DNA of 64,000 nucleotides from the human T2T-CHM13v2.0 reference genome, Homo sapiens. The stretch is from the NCBI RefSeq assembly GCF_009914755.1, contig NC_060925.1. One strand, 5' to 3'. Positions 25,173-42,515 of this stretch are shown here, piece after piece. Below the pieces are notes generated by a model. It made no database searches. It was not told the origin of the DNA and saw only the letters and a list, made by a program, of their open reading frames with translations. Made by a program: the position numbers and the translations under genes. The first letter of the stretch is position 1, and each line of letters begins with the position of its first letter.

Positions 25173-25224
25173 TCATGAAAGTCCACTTTTCCTATGTTCT
25201 TGCTTGCTTATTTGCTTATTTATT

Positions 25225-27018
<1,794 letters not shown>

Positions 27019-27408
27019 CTACCCCTAACCCCCATCAAATGGTAACTGGTAAGTGTATGTTTAAGTTTCTAAAAAATTGCCACATAATTTTCCAAAATGT
27101 TTATACTGTTGTACTTTCCTACTAGGGATGTCGAGGGTTCCAGTTGGCCCACGTCCACATCAAAACTTGTTATGATCAGATTTGAGCCATTTTATTGAGT
27201 GTATACTGGTATATCATTGTGGTTTTGACTTACATTTCCCAGATGAATAATGATGGTGAATATGTTTTTCCTGTCCTTATTTGCCATTTGTGAATCTTTT
27301 GTGAAATGTGTTCAGATATTTTGCTTATTTTGAAAAAAAGAATAAAAAATTACTGAGTTGTACAAGTTATTTATATATTTCAGATGCAGATATTTTGTCA
27401 GATATATA

Positions 27409-28377
27409 TAGTCATGCAATACCATGCAATGTTTTGGTCAACAACAGACTGCATAGACACTGGTGATCCCATAAGATTATAAAGGAGCTGAAAGTGACAT
27501 CTTGATGATCCTGACCCTGTGTACACTTAGGCTAAAGTGTATGTTTGTGTCTTCATTTTTGGCAAAAACATTTAAAAAGAAATAATAAATTTAAAATTTA
27601 AAAATAAAAAACAGCCTATAGCCTGCAGATGTAGAGAACAAAAATATTTTTGTGGAGCAGTACAATATGTGTTTTAAGGGTAAAGTTAAAACTTAAAGAA
27701 TTTAAGGTGAAAATGTTACAGTAAGCTAAGATTAATTTATTGTTAAAAAAATAATGTAGCCTAAGTGTACAATGTTTATATGTTATTATTATATAATGTT
27801 GTATATATTATTGTTATTATATAATTATATTATATGTTATTTTATATGATACAATTATATAATATATAATTATATAAGTTTGTAACATATAATAATTATA
27901 TTATATGTTTATATAATGTTATTATGCAATATTAAATAGTGTAGCCCAAGCATACAATGTTTCTATAAAGTCTACAGTAGTAGACAGTAATGTGCTAGAT
28001 CTTTACATTTACTCACCACTCACTCAGTCACCCAGAGCAAGTTCTAGTCATGCAAACCCCACTCATGGTAAGTGCCCTATACAAGTGTACCATTTCTATC
28101 TTTTACATGTATTTTTACTGTACCTTTTTTATGTTTAAATGCACAAATACTTACCATTGTGTTACAGTTGCTTACAGTATTCAATGCAGTAACATGCTAT
28201 ACAGGTTTGCGGCCTGGAAGCAGTCTATAGGCTATACAATACCATATAGCCTATGTGTGTGGTAGGCTATACCATCTAGGTTTATGCAGGTATACTCCAT
28301 GATGTTCACATAATGATGAAATCGCCTAACAATGCATTTCTCAGAAGGTATCTCTGTTGTTAAGTGATGCATCACTA
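27409..28377 (+). mobile_element. Tigger3 (Golem)-family DNA transposon deletion derivative with internal AT-rich expansion, inserted in old L1
   Basis: 5' end tagtcatgc...ggtcaacaacagactgcatagacactggtgatcccataagattata; 3' end gttaagtgatgcatcacta; TA context. Confidence 0.8.
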
Positions 28378-28619
28378 TATATATTGTGACTTATTTTTCT
28401 CCAGCTTGTCTTTTCCTTTTTGGAAGGATGTCTTTCAGAGAGCAGAAGGTCTTAATTTTGATGTTCTTTGTGAGTTTTTATAGTTAGTACTCACTCATTC
28501 TGTCCAAGAAATCTGTGCCCATCCCAAGATCATGAAGATTTTCTCCAATGTTTTCTTCTAGAAGTTTGTAATTTTAGCTTTTATGTTTGAATCTTAACTC
28601 CTTTTGAATTAATTTCTTT

Positions 28620-30225
28620 AAAGTCTTAAAAATTATGGCAAGGTATATATAACAAAATTTGCCATTTTAACTTTTTTTTTTTTTTTTGAGAGAGTCTCGC
28701 TCTTATCACCCAGGCTGTGCAGTGGCGTGATCTCAGCTCACTGCAGCCTCTGCCTCCCAAATTCAAGCAATTCTTATGCCTCAACTTCTGGCATTTTAAC
28801 CATTTTTAAGTATACAATGTAATGACATTAACTATATTCACAATGTCATGCAACTGTTGTCACCATCTATTTCTAAAACTTTTCCATGGTCCCAGGTAGA
28901 AACTCTGTGCCCATTAAGCAGTAACACCCTTCTTCCCTTACCCCAGGCCTTGGCAGTCTCTGTTCTACTTTCTTTTTCTATGCATTTGCCTCTTCTAAAT
29001 ACTTCATATCAGTGGAATCATATAGTATTGTTCATTTGTGTCTGGCTTATGTCACTTAGCATAATGCACATCTATATTAAAGTCAGTTTTGGTAAGTTAT
29101 TTTTTGAACTTTTTGTCTATTTTAAATAAGTTATAGAATGTATTGGCATAAATTGTTCCTGCTATTCTCTTATTATTCTTTTGCTGTCTTTAGATTTGTT
29201 GTGATAACTCATCTTTTATTTCTGATATTGATGATTTATGTTTTCTCTCCTTTTCTTCTTGATGTCTATTACTGTGGTTTTATTAATTTTATTAATATTG
29301 TCAAAGAACCAATTTTTGGTTTTGTTAATTTTTTTATTTTCTGTTCCTAATTTCTGCTTTCTTTTCTTTATTATATTTTGAATTTAATTTACTTTTAAGT
29401 TTTTTTAAATTGTTTTTTATTATACTTTAAGTTCTGGGATACATGTGCAGAACGTACAGGTTTGTTACATAGGTATACACATGCCATGGTGGTTTGCTGC
29501 ACCCATCAACCCATAATCTACATTAGGTATTTCTCCCAATGCTATCCCTCCCTGGACTTTTTAAAGTTTTTAATGCAGAGGTATGGATTAGTGATTTCAG
29601 GTCTTCCTTTTTTGATATAAGCATTTAAAGCTATATATGTGCCTCTAAGCACTCCTTTAACTGTATTCCATAATTTGGTGTGTGTGTCTTTATTATAGTG
29701 TAATTCAAAATATTTTCTAATTTTCTTTGTCATTTCATCTTTGACCAATAGATTATTTAGAAATATGTGGTTTCGTTTCCAAATATTGGAAGATTTTATA
29801 TTTTATTGTAGTTGATTTCTAATTTAATTCTGTTGTGGTTAGACAGCATAATTTATGGAATTTCAATATTTTGAAATTTCTTGAGACTTTTTTTATGGCC
29901 TAGCATGTGGTCTTTCTTGGTGAACATGCAATGTCTGCTTGATTAGCTTACCTGAACTCTAGCCCATGCCTCCTCAGCTTAGTGGAACTACTGTGCTCTG
30001 CTTGAACTCTAGCTGTCTGCCCTTGTAAGAAAATTGCTCCCAGGCAGCTGAGGAGGGAGCAGCCTGACTTTTGAGTTTCCCTTCTTTCTGGGTTTTCTTT
30101 CTTGCATTACATGTGTCCCAGTGCCTGAAAACTATTACATTGTATATTTTGTCTATTCTTATGGTAATTTGTAGTAGAATGGCTAGTTCTCTTTCGGTAA
30201 TGTCATAGTTACAGGTGGAAGTTTG
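28620..30225 (-). mobile_element. Old L1M fragments with an Alu half (28672-28790) and a short L1PA 3' end (29400-29552)
   Basis: L1PA tail ttattatactttaagttctgggatacatgtgcagaacg; ORF 29542-29748 resembles L1 ORF2 (LWNTVKGVLRG..IALNAYIKK). Confidence 0.75.
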
Positions 30226-30722
30226 CCAATCTTTAGGTCCCTGCCTAAAATCGAAACTTTTTTTCTTTAGTTCTCACTGAAGACAAAGCGTGTACTTTTT
30301 ACATCAAATGTAAAGCTATAAAATTCTCATTTATTTCTACTTTCTTGTTTTCTTCTTTAGGTAACTCGACAGTATGTAAAGTTTGTTGTTTAACATGACT
30401 TTTGTCCCTGTTATAATCTATAGAACTGAATAATATTTACTTAAAAAAGTTAGGTATCTTTTTCTCACTTTATTATCAGTTAAATAAATAATTTCATTTA
30501 AGGCTTTATCATAGGCAGTGACTGTTTTATCATTTTAAAAATCATTCTTATATGTGCAGCCATTTTAACGTTACTTTTCAATATCATTTACGTTAAACCT
30601 ATAAATTTTCCATTGTTTTCTGTGACTATTTTTAAACCATCGGAGGAGAGGGGAATCTGGCTAAATATTGTATATATAATATTATGCTTTTAAGAACAAT
30701 CACACCATCATTCTATATCGTC

Positions 30723-31231
<509 letters not shown>

Positions 31232-32719
31232 TACTTGTCTTTTTTGAATACTCTGGTTTATTTTCTGTGTTTCCAATCTTCAGTGATAGTAATTGTGTAA
31301 GTACTTTTTGTGTGCAGTTGTTTTTTTTTTTTTTCCCCAAATTTAAGCAGACTAGCTTATTTGTAGATTTTCTCTTTTTCCTCTTCTAAGCTCCACTGTC
31401 TTATTTTTCTGTCTATGTTGGGATCACAACGTACTCATTTTCAGTGATCTGTAGGATTTAAAAATAAGACGTAGTTATATCCACAGAGTACAAAGTTTGA
31501 ATATATTCTCATCAAAAATATAAAGCGTAAAAAATGGAAGTTTTTTATTCTTTTAAAAGTTATTTTTCTTTTAAATATTCAAAATTAATTTAAATAAGCT
31601 GAATTAAAAATTTTTGTAAGTACATATTTTTATAAAAATAAATTGTAATTCTAGCATTAACTGTTCAACCATTTATCAGTGTAATAAATTGGTTCCTTGC
31701 CTTACATGTGCCATTTCTAGACCTGCATATAAATACATTTACTAGTAATGTGAATTCCTTAATTCTGCAAAATGTTCCTCAATTGCTGTGTGCTACTGTT
31801 AGGAATAGTGAGCTAAATTATGAGTACCTTCAGAACTGTGAATTGGAACAGGAAGAAATCAAATAAATGGATGTTTGACTCTGTTAGGAGACAATACTTT
31901 CTTAGGAAAGGTATCTATGATATTGATGTTATTTGACAGGAAGGATATAACAGTTAATTTGTCTTGTCTTTTATTCTGACACCCTGTGCTCCTCAAATAT
32001 TTCATAATCTCAGGCAGAGTTCTCTGAAGTTTGCAGTTTCACAGCCCATAAATGGCGTTCTGATATAGTTGCCTCTCTTTTAAAGGACATGGGAAGAAAT
32101 ATGTGGACAAAGGTTTTCCTGTGGTCTGAACTGTACAATTTGCAAGAATGGATTTTTAGGGTTCTGCTTTGCCAGTGCAGAATCTTGTGACAGAGGAAAC
32201 CCCATTTCTTTAATTAATTTGTTTTGTGTGTGTGTGTTATTTTGCAGGATCTCTAAAGTGAGAAGCCCATAGCAGAGGCCTTTCTTCTGGCTCTACAGTC
32301 AATAAATAAATGTGTGAATGAATAAGAGAAGGCAGGTGTTTCTTTCACCATACTGCAAATTATTGAGCCCTGTCACCAGTCCCAGGGAAATGTTAGGCCT
32401 TCCTAGTCCTGGCAAAGTCACAGGAATATTGGCACAAATGGATTCTAATGCCACTAAAGAAAGTACTCTGTGTGGGGATGTGTTACCTGGAGGTAAAAGT
32501 AATATCTTCTTTGGTCAGATAAAGGATGTAAAATATGGCTTTCATTCTCTAAAAATCAAACAAATATTTTCTCACTTTGGCATTATTTAAGGAGCTCCGT
32601 GTTCTCTCTCCTCCACCCAAGGAGTACTGCTCTGCAATAGTACTGCTCTTCAATATATGCAGAGCAGGCTAGAAAGAATCCATTTGCTGCTGTTGTCAGA
32701 AATTTCTACTGAAAGGTAA

Positions 32720-33061
32720 AGCGCAGTGATTTATAGCATTGGAAACTTGAGTTAGACTGCTCCAGTTTACCAACTTGGCTGAAGACACTTCTGGCTAGTA
32801 TAATTCATATATAGGTAACCAGGTGCCAACATATTGAGGAAATGCTACTTTTCTACTTACCATTGGCATGATCTTAACTTCTCTGTGTCTTTAAAAAATA
32901 ATAATAATTTTAAAAATAATAATAATGGAATAATAGTACATATATCATATGGCTATGATGAGTACTACATGAATATTAATGTGTAAAATGCTTAGAATAG
33001 AACCTAATAGTTAAGCACTTAATAAATGTTGGTTGCTGTTATGTCATTATTATTATTGTTA

Positions 33062-33093
<32 letters not shown>
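32720..33093 (+). repeat. MIR remnant ending in a (TTA)n microsatellite (33045-33093)
   Basis: MIR core cttaacttctctgtgtct...taatgtgtaaaatgcttagaatag; TTA repeats. Confidence 0.65.
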
Positions 33094-33094
<1 letters not shown>

Positions 33095-33436
33095 GTAGCC
33101 TGGTCTCGGGTATTAGAGAATTGGAGAATATTGAGTAGAAACTTAGGATTCAGCCATAACTGCAAGCCTTAGCTGGGGATGGGAGGATAGACCCAAGGTT
33201 GGGGCTTTTGGCAACTGACCCTGATATCATCACAAGGCTTTCCAAAGTAGGAGCCAGTACTTGTTGAGAACTGTTAGATTTCTAAGGTGTTCTAGTTATC
33301 TTTAGGACCTGCTACTGAACTGGGGATTCTGAAAAAAAGAGGGTGCTGAGAGGGCTGAATAATTGGACTAATACATGGAGAGGAAAAGTGAGGGCTTGTG
33401 GCTACTAGGTGGGTGAGTTTGCTTGGGTAATTAGAA

Positions 33437-33746
33437 CAGTGGCTTTCAAACTTTTTAGACTTTGACTTCAATAACAAATAAAGTTTACATTATGACCCAT
33501 CACACACGTTCGCATTTGTATATTTGTATGTATTTCAGTAATGGATGTTATAAACACACATTTCACAAAACAGTGCTTACCCTTGCTGTGTGCGAAGGAC
33601 TAATATTTTCTTTTCTATTCTATTTCATTTGTATATGTACTTTTTGTGTGCAGGTAGTTTCCCTTTTTAGAAAATGTTGATCCTGACTTCCTAAATTGAT
33701 ATAATGTCTTACTAAAGAGGTGTGACCCACATTTGAAAAAGCACTG
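33437..33746. mobile_element. hAT-Charlie type MITE
   Basis: Imperfect terminal inverted repeats CAGTGGCTTTCAAA ... TTTGAAAAAGCACTG. Confidence 0.65.
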
Positions 33747-34399
33747 GTTTGCCTATGAGTTAGTCCTTTGAACATTACCCTAGAAAAAACAGTTTGATAC
33801 GCTTTGTCATCTAGGTGAATGAGAGAAGCCCCTCAGAGTTGGCAGAGCCGCTGAAGCAGGGGACAAGACTTGCTTCTCTTTGGCTCTCTTAGCTGCCAGG
33901 GTTTAGCTCCACAGTTTACTTGATCACTTGGTTTTCTTGAGTCTAGGTTCTTTTTCTCAGATGTCTTCCTATTTGTTGGGACTAATCTCTTCCTTTAGAC
34001 TGGGAGATTGCTCCAAGAGGGCAAGACTTACAGTAATAGCTAACACTTTTATAGTGCTTTCTCTGTGCTAGGCACTTTGCTGTTTACATGTATTAGTCCT
34101 CACCACAACCTATATATTAGGTACCTTAATGATCTTCATTTTACAGGTGGGGAAACCAAAGCATACAGAAGTATGCTTAGCTTACCCTTCAATAGAGGTC
34201 TTCTGCAACTTACCTTAAACATTAATGGATGAAATTAAGCTAGTTTCTGGGCTTATTTTCTTAACTTTCCTTATGGCTTTTCTTACCACAAGAATGATTA
34301 GAGAGTAATAGAAATTGAACAAAAAATGGCACTGAACTTTGTCTGAAGGAGTACAGTTCAGTTAAGTTGGTCAGATTCGGCATTTGAATAATGACTGTG

Positions 34400-35022
34400 C
34401 TTTGAGCCCTAACATTAAAGCCCTGTAGTCTTCCTTCAGGCTTGGGTTTGAGAATGAATAATGCTGCAGAAACGCCCACATAGTCTTCGCTCATTATTTT
34501 ACCAGTTTCTTCCAGTCCCTTGCCCACTGCAACAGCTGTTTAGCCTGGCCCATGCCTTCTGGGTTAATAGTATTTCTGACACAGTGTGAGTTTTCAAGTT
34601 GCTATGTATAATTTCTGCCAGAGTTTTTACTGCCGCCAGGCCTCAGGGTTGGAGGTTGCAACTGATTTGTGGGGGAGGGAGTTTGGTGCTTGTCACTGAC
34701 GCAGGAACAAGGTGCTTTCTGTAGCTCTGATTTGTTGCTGGCTGAGTGTGAATGATGTCAGGCAGATCAGAGGACAGCTGATTCATTTGGGATCTGGAAC
34801 TTGTCACTGTCCCACTGCTGCCTCGTGGGCTCTTAGGTCTTTTGTGGGGGGATGGGAGGGGTGTTCTGAAGATCATGTTTTTGAAGAAAAGTACTTTAAT
34901 TTTTGCCGTAAGTTTGGGAAGCTTTTATAATTTCCTTTGGCTGACAGAACTGCATACCCCTTGTGTGAGAGAACTTCCTACCAAGACTCCAGTGTGAGGG
35001 CAAAACTTGAGTAGCCAGGAGA
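34400..35022 (+). promoter_or_regulatory. Putative internal (non-CpG-island) promoter and 5'UTR of the alternative MAST2 isoform
   Basis: Repeat-free unique sequence directly upstream of the ATG exon; GC-box-like GGGGGAGGG (34671-34679); TGACG half-CRE near 34697; short uORFs (34752-34781 MMSGRSEDS*). TSS not determinable. Confidence 0.5.
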
Positions 35023-35072
35023 ATGATGAAACGGAGGCAAGAGAGACTGGGAGCACCATGTCTGCGGATTCA
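35023..35072 (+). CDS. MAST2: MAST2 alternative first coding exon, MMKRRQERLGAPCLRI(Q), ends phase 2
   Basis: ATGATG at 35023; donor CA|GTAAGG at 35073; joins in frame to 38532. Resembles recalled alternative N-termini of MAST3 (MKSRRDKLHIPALTLD) and MAST4 (MKAQRERLQIPGLTLD). Confidence 0.8.
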
Positions 35073-36144
35073 GTAAGGAGGTTGGGGTCTCTATGGAAAC
35101 TGGCAGATGTCAGGAAAAAAAACTAATGCCAACTAACACAGCTTCGTTCATTTGGATGAAGACTGTTTTGGAGATGCCTGTCAGGAAGAGGGCTGAGCTG
35201 GCTTGATTAATTCAAGGTCAAAACAGTGGTCCTTGGCAGGGGCATATGAGGTTTCCAATTCCAGAAACTGAATTAGATGTCATTTTAGGGGTTCCTGAAT
35301 ACTTGGAGAACTGGGTAAAAAAATGAAGACAATTATTTTCTTCCCTTGAAAGCAAATGTTTATTTAAAGTTAGTGTCAAGGCTGCAAATACAAACCCCGT
35401 GAATGTGAGAAACCAATGGAAACAAAAAGTACCTCCTCCTTTGACTAGAGAGGGTATTGTATTTCTGCCCATGGCCTGTCAGCTCAGGACCTCAGATCTG
35501 CCCTTGCAGATTCAAGCATGGGTCCTTTAGGGTGTGACCTCTATTTTATTTCTATATTGGCCAATATAGAAATAAACTTTATTAGGTGAGAATATCAAAG
35601 CTGGGAGTGGAAGAAGGCTTCCTCTTCAGGGTGACTTTTCCAAGAGCAGCTCAGGCTTATTTAATGAAGAAGTGCCAAGTGAATTCATCAGTAAATTAGA
35701 GAACCAGTGAAAGAAGAGACCTAGAATTCATTTCACCTCAATTATCTGTCTTGAACTGCCTTTGTTTAACCCACAGGGCTAAGGGAGTGTACTTCAGATT
35801 TTCTTCCTGAGTCAAACTGCTTGCCCTGAGACAGACAGGCTTCTTCAGTGGGCTTCCTTTGTGATGTTGCCCTTCAGTGTCTGTGGATGCTTATTGATTG
35901 AATTAATGATTCTATTAGACCTTAAGAAACAGGATTTGTTTGAAGTATATAGTTGTAGTATTGACACACTTTAAAAAAAACCTTTTATTACCATACTGAC
36001 ACAGAAGTAAAAGACCATTTAAAAACAGACTTCATCAACTAATGTGTTATTTAAAGTAAAGGTCACTTGTTAACAAAATTAAAAATTTTTAAATGGAGTT
36101 TGTAGCTTAAGAAAACTTAAATGGTCAAAAATCATGGTTCTGTT

Positions 36145-36410
36145 TTTGTTTTTGAGAGTGTCTTACTTTATGGCCCAGGCGGGAGGGCAGTGGTGCTATC
36201 ACAGCTCACTAAACCTTGACCTCCTGGGCCCAAGGGATCCTTCCACCTCAGCAGCTGGGACCACAGGCATGCACCACCAAGCCTGGCTAATTTTTTAATT
36301 TTTTTGTAGAAATAAGGTCTCTCTATGTTGCTCAGGCTGGTCTGGAACTCCTGAGCTCAAGTGATCCTCTTGCCTCAGCCTCTTAGAGTGCTGAGATTAC
36401 CATACCTGGC
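36145..36410 (-). mobile_element. AluJ
   Basis: Diverged antisense dimer. Confidence 0.85.
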
Positions 36411-36621
36411 AAATCATGCTCTTCAAATGTGGGTACACTGCTGTTGGTAATCATTTTCTCTGTTTTACTGACTTTGAGTTAGAAAAATACCCCCTGAGGA
36501 GCTAATAAGTAGTTTGTATATCACCTTTTCCTGTTTCAAACAATCCTTTTTAGACTCTAGACCCATTGTATAACCAGTTTGCAGAGTAGTAATTAGGGGC
36601 AAAAAGAAAATGAAATTTGCC

Positions 36622-36950
<329 letters not shown>

Positions 36951-37988
36951 TTATAATTTCAATTATATATTGAACAAAATGTCTAAACCTCATTTTATGT
37001 GATAAGACTTAAGGCTTCAAAATTTTGTACAAGCATATTATTCAGGTTAACAAGTAAGTGCTGTCTAATGTTCTAATTAGTTCTAACATATATATGAAGG
37101 AGCTTAACTTTGAAATAGTTCTTTGGAAGAGTGAAAATTCTTTTTGAAAATGAGAAATTAACTTAAAATTAACATTTTTACTTCTTTTAACTTTAAAAAA
37201 ATGTTGAGTTTGTGGAAATGTGGGCATAACTGTAATTTTAAATAGTTGTGTGCCCTCCTATTTTCTATCCTGTTACTACCCCATATTGTGTACCCACCTG
37301 AGAAGTAAACTGAAGACCACTAGAGTGATAATGACTAGGAAAGTGAAGATTTCCTTTGAATATATGTAAGCAAGCACAAGTAGAATGTCACTGTATCCAT
37401 ATTATAAACAGTCAGAAATAACAATACGAGAAACTAACAATGTTATCATTTTGAATTAGATCAGGTACTTATGTGATACTTAAGTAATTTTTTTACCTTG
37501 GAAATTAAATAATGGTGTGTGTATAGAAAGCCATGCCAATAAGGTAGCAAATTAAATATTATGAATATTATTTTTATCATGTGTCGTTTCTACTAATGGT
37601 AGCAAATTAGAAATCTATTTATTACCTGTTTTCAATCTAATGATCTTATTTATTTAATAATCTTCGATAGGACTTAACATATCAAAATGGCTAGATTGTT
37701 TTTATGGGAAAAAATAACCTGGGAATCTAAAATTTAAGTAGAAGCAAAATACATAGTTAACTGACATTATATGATACATTCATTAGAGAAATGTTAGCTA
37801 AACAAATTGGTATTATTGTTGATATAATCAATAATTTATAAACTATTCAGAATGTTTTACTCTTAGGGACATATACATTTCTTTAGGAAGTTTTAGTCAT
37901 TGAATATTAAATATTAACTGTTGCCTGCTAATTGATGTAGTAAATTTGCAGTGTTTGGTTTGCCCAGAAACCAATTCTAAATACTTCA

Positions 37989-38333
<345 letters not shown>

Positions 38334-38531
38334 TTAATTTTATGGATTAAGTTTTTGTCTCTGTTGTCATCCTGTACCAACATTGGTACTGAAGTATGAT
38401 ATTGGAGAATGATTTTTGACCACTTACTTTTCTTGAGCTTTTTGCCTAAACCAAGCCACTTTGAATATGTTTCTTTTTGGTTGAAAAGTTATCACTGACC
38501 TTGTTTTTTTCCTATTGTGGTACCTTGTCAG

Positions 38532-38726
38532 AATCTCTACCCTTTGCCGAGGAGCTGAAGTAAACCAGCACATGTTTTCACCCACATCTGCTCCAGCCCT
38601 CTTCCTCACTAAAGTCCCATTTAGTGCTGATTGTGCTTTGGCTACTTCTCCTCTTGCCATTTTCCTGAACCCACGAGCCCACAGCAGTCCTGGCACTCCT
38701 TGTTCCAGCCGCCCACTGCCGTGGAG
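38532..38726 (+). CDS. MAST2: MAST2 alternative coding exon (195 nt, phase 2-2), ISTLCRGAEVNQHMFSPTSAPALF...SSPGTPCSSRPLPW(S)
   Basis: Pyrimidine-rich tract and AG at 38530-38531; open frame (ORF 38515-38730); donor AG|GTAAGG at 38727; length divisible by 3; C-terminal SSPGTPC..LPWS resembles recalled MAST3 SSPCSPC..LHPWS. Confidence 0.82.
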
Positions 38727-39149
38727 GTAAGGAAACTTGCTGTGAATCTGGGCCTTGACAATTGCTTCTGGCCAAATGGTAAAACGCATACCTTACTCCT
38801 TAATAATGGGGAGAAATGGAGTAAGAGTCTTGGTTCTGTCACAGAGAAGAGTAAAATAAATATCACAGATTTCTGTTGTATTCAAAATGTCAGGAGAAAG
38901 GAGGGTAGGTTATCAGTACTTGGATTTTTGAGGCTATTATAAGTTGTGTGCCCATCCTGACCATTGGACAGCCTTGTGAACTATGACCTGTGACCACCCC
39001 ATAGCATGGCAGAGTGCTAGAACTCTTAGGAGGTAAAAAAGTTCAAACCTCACATTTTACACGATGGGAAAATTTGAGTCCAAAACAAGTTAAATGGTTT
39101 GTTCAGGTTGAGGAAAATAGCCCTTCTCCCATTTCTTTCTGTCTTCCTT

Positions 39150-40620
<1,471 letters not shown>

Positions 40621-42138
40621 AGTAGGTATTTGTTAAGCTTTTTGTTAGAGAATAGTAACCTGAAAAACTAAAAGTTTAAGTGAAACACAATGTATCACAC
40701 AGATTTAAGTGACATTATTTGATACAGGAGCTTAAATTCCACAGACAGTTTGGGACAGTGATAGACTGACATAGGACAATGTTAGAGGCTAACTTCTCTC
40801 TGAAGGCACCTCTTCTAGACGTACTAGCGCTTGGCGTATGAGGCTGAGAAAGATTGTAAGTTGGGTAGCCCCCAAGATGTACCCAGTCCTGGCACATGGT
40901 TTTGAGTATCTCTTGATGACTATGGTCTCAGAACACACAACCTGGAGCAACATCTTACAGCTTTGGAGCTTGTTAAATTTCATGTTTTTTTTTTTTTTTT
41001 TCATAGACTTACTAACATGTGTGGTCACTGTATTAGTGCTTCATTCCATTCTTCTTTTGTATCCATGCCATGCAAAGTGCCAGTTCATTGATATGACAAG
41101 ATTATTTTAGCTTGTTGTTTGCTAGATATTTTTATATTCCTTTAAACATTCTTGAGAATCTGGGATGCAGTTATTTAGAAATTGTTTGATCCTTTGAAGG
41201 AATACTTTCAGGCTTTGTTTGGTGAGACCAGGGCAGCACTTGAGGCTAATTTTTTCTTACTACTGAGGCAATACTTTGAGTACTCTATTTGATGCCCATG
41301 TATTGTGAGTTTTTTCCACTCAGGCTGATGGGAGCATGAACGATTCTGGGTCCTTAGTGAGCCCTGAAGAGGGTACCTGCTCATGTTCTTGGATAGTTTC
41401 CTTATCCACATATGCTGATAGATATTCAGCTAAAAACTCAGAGGAAGCCCCTGCAGATCTCCAGAGTTCCCCTCTGTATATCTGTCTTCTCTGGTACCCT
41501 GCTTTGAAAATTCTAGCCACCTTAGCCTCCCCAAGTTCTCAACTCTGTCTTCTCAACTCAGGGAGACTGCTGGACTCTGTTTGAGTACCCCCTTTTGCTG
41601 CTTCCTAGGCATGCAGTCTTAGGGCTTATTTTGCATGTTTCCCATCGGTCCAGTGTCTGCAAACTATTGTTTCATATATTTCATCTAATTTTTTTGTTTT
41701 TAAGGTGCAAGGGTAAATCTGATCTCTGATTCCCCATAATGATGAGAAGCAGAAGTCTAGTCTTGCTAATATTTTGAGCTCATGCTTCTGTCATTAGTTG
41801 TTCTTATTGCTTTATGAGATTATTGGTTGACTGATTCACGTTGCATAAGCCCAATAGAAGCAGATTATTTTAAAATTATTTTATCTTCCTTAGTCAAGAA
41901 AAGTTGGAAAATGTAATGTCAAAAGAATAAGAATAGGTAACATTTGCTGAGCATTTACTATGTCTTAACATTTTTAAAATGACTTACATTTGTTAAATTT
42001 AATTCTCAAAATACTCTGATGAGGTGGGTGACACATGTTCATTTTTTTTTCGATGAGGTGGATAATCTGAGTAAATCTGTTTTATAGATGAAGACACTGT
42101 AGTACAGAGAAGTTAAGGAAGTTATTAATAAGTAGTAG

Positions 42139-42486
<348 letters not shown>

Positions 42487-42515
42487 TATGTCTGTGGTCT
42501 TAACCCCTCAGCTGT

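Noticed and set aside
27755-27965. AT-rich block flanked by duplicated tgtagcc.aag..tacaatgttt
   Set aside because: Slippage expansion within Tigger3; no sign of function
32623-32654. 16-bp near-perfect tandem repeat (similar ones near 53292 and 59005-59090)
   Set aside because: Ordinary small duplications
42018-42070. TGATGA...CTGA C/D-like motif pair
   Set aside because: Lies in a MIR, too short, and part of a small gatgaggtgg duplication
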